A DNA stretch of 64,000 nt from Arenicellales bacterium. GTDB taxonomy: Bacteria > Pseudomonadota > Gammaproteobacteria > Arenicellales > CBDCFT01. The notes under the pieces were generated by a model. That model did not search any database. It was not told the DNA's origin and saw only the letters and a program-made list of their open reading frames with translations. Below are positions 62,331-64,000 of this stretch, piece after piece. Every line of letters begins with the position of its first letter. The stretch's first letter is position 1. The position numbers and the translations under genes are program-made. Where the stretch lies: positions 4,927,478 through 4,991,477 of the forward strand of contig OZ244198.1 of the NCBI GenBank assembly GCA_965216735.1. Reading direction: 5' to 3'.

Positions 62331-64000
62331 ATGCGCAGCATTTTCAAGACTCACGGCTTTTTCGCATTCGTATCTGTGTTGTTTTTGAACGCGTTCGTAG
62401 ATCTCGGACACAAAATCGTAATTCAAAACACCGTCTTCAAATTCTACGACGGCGAACTGCAAATCGTTCTCACCGCGATCGTCAATGGTTTGATCCTATT
62501 GCCATTTGTCTTGTTGTTTACGCCGGCCGGCTTTCTGTCGGATAAATTTTCCAAACCAAATGTCATGCGTTATAGCGCATGGGCGGCGGTTGCCGTTACC
62601 CTGGCTATAACATTCTGTTATCACCTCGGACTATTTTGGGCGGCATTTGGCCTAACTTTTTTACTGGCGGTGCAAAGCGCTATTTATTCGCCGGCTAAAT
62701 ACGGTTACATCAAAGAGTTGGTGGGTAGCAGAAATCTCGCGCGGGCCAACGGCATCGTGCAGGCTGTCACTATCGTCTCCATGTTGTTGGGGATTTTTAC
62801 TTTTTCTATGTTGTTTGAGCATTTATTGACTGGCCACGGTTGGAACCAACCCGCGGATATTGTGCATTTAGTCGCGCCCATGGGTTGGCTGCTGGTTATT
62901 GCTGCCACATTGGAGTTGATCCTTTCTTATCGCTTACCGCAAATCATGAAACCGCAAGACACACTAGTGTTTGACTGGCAACGTTATCGTAGCGGCGCGT
63001 ACTTACAAACCAATTTTAAAGCCATTACCGGTAACCGCGTGATCTGGTTATCCATCGTCGGACTTTCCATCTTTTGGGCCATATCTCAGGTGATGCTGGC
63101 AGCGTTTCCTGCATTCGCCAAAGAAGTGTTGGCTGAAAACAATACCGTGGTCATCCACGGCTTGATGGCATGCTCGGGCATAGGCATCGTCATCGGATCG
63201 TTAATTGCCGGCCGGTTATCGAGGGATTTTATCGAAACCGGTTTGATTCCTTTAGGTGCTGTTGGTGTTGCGGGTGTGCTGACGGTATTTCCGGGACTGC
63301 AAAATGCATGGGCGATGGGCGCGAGTTTTATCGCTCTGGGTGCGTTGGGCGGATTGTTTATCGTGCCTTTGAACGCCCTCATTCAGTTTCATGCCGGTGA
63401 GAAACAATTGGGTCGTGTATTAGCTGGCAATAACCTGGTTCAAAATAGTGTGATGCTGAGTTTTCTCGCCTTGACAGCAACATTTGCTTTTGCTGGCGCG
63501 GATGGGCGGATGCTGTTTGTAGTAATTGTGTTCGTCGGCATCGCGGGCGCTGTGTATACCATCTACCAACTGCCGCAATCACTAACGCGGTTCGTATTAC
63601 GCTTGCTTGTACGAAACCGTTATCGATTTCAGGTGCTGGGATTTAAAAATATCCCTGAGCAGGGCGGTGTGTTGATGTTAGGCAATCACGCGAGTTGGAT
63701 CGATTGGGCTATACTGCAAGTTGCTTCGCCCCGGCCGATTCGCTTCGTTATGGAACGCCGTATTTATGAAAAATGGTACTTGAAATCCTTGCTCAATTTG
63801 TTTGGGGTTGTTCCGATTTCCAAAGGCGCGAGTAAAGCCTCGTTGGAAAAGGTCAGTGAATTACTGAATGCCGGCGAAGTCGTTTGCCTGTTTCCGGAAG
63901 GCACGATCACACGCACCGGTCACATGAACGAATTCAAACGCGGTTATGAACGTGCCGCCGAGAATGCGCAAGGTGTGATCCTGCCGTTTTATTTGCACGG
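62331..64000 (+). CDS. Fused lysophospholipid transporter (MFS, LplT-like) / PlsC-type acyltransferase (Aas-like), 3'-truncated by the window end
   Basis: Not in the ORF track because there is no stop before the window end. My translation from ATG 62331 is open to 64000: 'MRSIFKTHGFFAFVSVLFLNAFVDLGHK...' (MFS), then 'GNHASWIDWAIL' (HX4D acyltransferase motif) and 'LFPEGTITRTG'. Confidence 0.88.
   Translation, partial: MRSIFKTHGFFAFVSVLFLNAFVDLGHKIVIQNTVFKFYDGELQIVLTAIVNGLILLPFVLLFTPAGFLSDKFSKPNVMRYSAWAAVAVTLAITFCYHLGLFWAAFGLTFLLAVQSAIYSPAKYGYIKELVGSRNLARANGIVQAVTIVSMLLGIFTFSMLFEHLLTGHGWNQPADIVHLVAPMGWLLVIAATLELILSYRLPQIMKPQDTLVFDWQRYRSGAYLQTNFKAITGNRVIWLSIVGLSIFWAISQVMLAAFPAFAKEVLAENNTVVIHGLMACSGIGIVIGSLIAGRLSRDFIETGLIPLGAVGVAGVLTVFPGLQNAWAMGASFIALGALGGLFIVPLNALIQFHAGEKQLGRVLAGNNLVQNSVMLSFLALTATFAFAGADGRMLFVVIVFVGIAGAVYTIYQLPQSLTRFVLRLLVRNRYRFQVLGFKNIPEQGGVLMLGNHASWIDWAILQVASPRPIRFVMERRIYEKWYLKSLLNLFGVVPISKGASKASLEKVSELLNAGEVVCLFPEGTITRTGHMNEFKRGYERAAENAQGVILPFYLH

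Overview
This window reads as a chromosomal segment of a moderate-GC gammaproteobacterium. The synteny is Pseudomonadales/Cellvibrionales-like: lptM-lysA, and argH divergent from algZ-algR. I support about 55 protein-coding genes.

Core and housekeeping genes:
- Split class II ribonucleotide reductase nrdJa/nrdJb, with tandem NrdR boxes over its promoter.
- hemH, an AddB/AddA-like nuclease-helicase pair, and a cueR-copA copper efflux operon.
- sixA, ppx, lysA, argH, algZ/algR.
- A histone H1-like Lys/Ala-rich protein.

Two catabolic loci both look like C1-transfer amine metabolism:
- 5.8-11.6 kb: CntA/YeaW-like Rieske oxygenase, RpiR regulator, DMGDH-like FAD+GcvT fusion, class III aminotransferase.
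- 33.4-39.7 kb: two CrtI-type flavoproteins, a stand-alone GcvT-like protein, a class III aminotransferase and a cytochrome c. Two of the gene junctions overlap.

Three small accessory islets:
- 0-2.8 kb: orphan higA, a tRNA 3' remnant, a PG-binding/aspzincin protease and a nucleotidyltransferase-fold pair.
- 45.4-46.9 kb: class 3 lipase plus a DUF3592 gene with an in-frame TGA.
- 57.9-60 kb: degraded ankyrin gene, a remnant of an FGGY kinase 3' end, and vapBC.

I found no rRNA, intact tRNA, CRISPR array, transposase or integrase.

The observations I rate highest are:
- A non-coding element of about 160-240 nt present in two diverged copies (31.3 kb and 46.7 kb), with helices that tolerate the differences only on the + strand.
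- A promoter-to-terminator unit without a credible ORF upstream of algZ.
- The CrtI-x2/GcvT/aminotransferase operon, a candidate uncharacterised folate-linked amine oxidation system.

No classic defence system is evident. All functional calls rest on motif and family recognition by eye; no database search was run.
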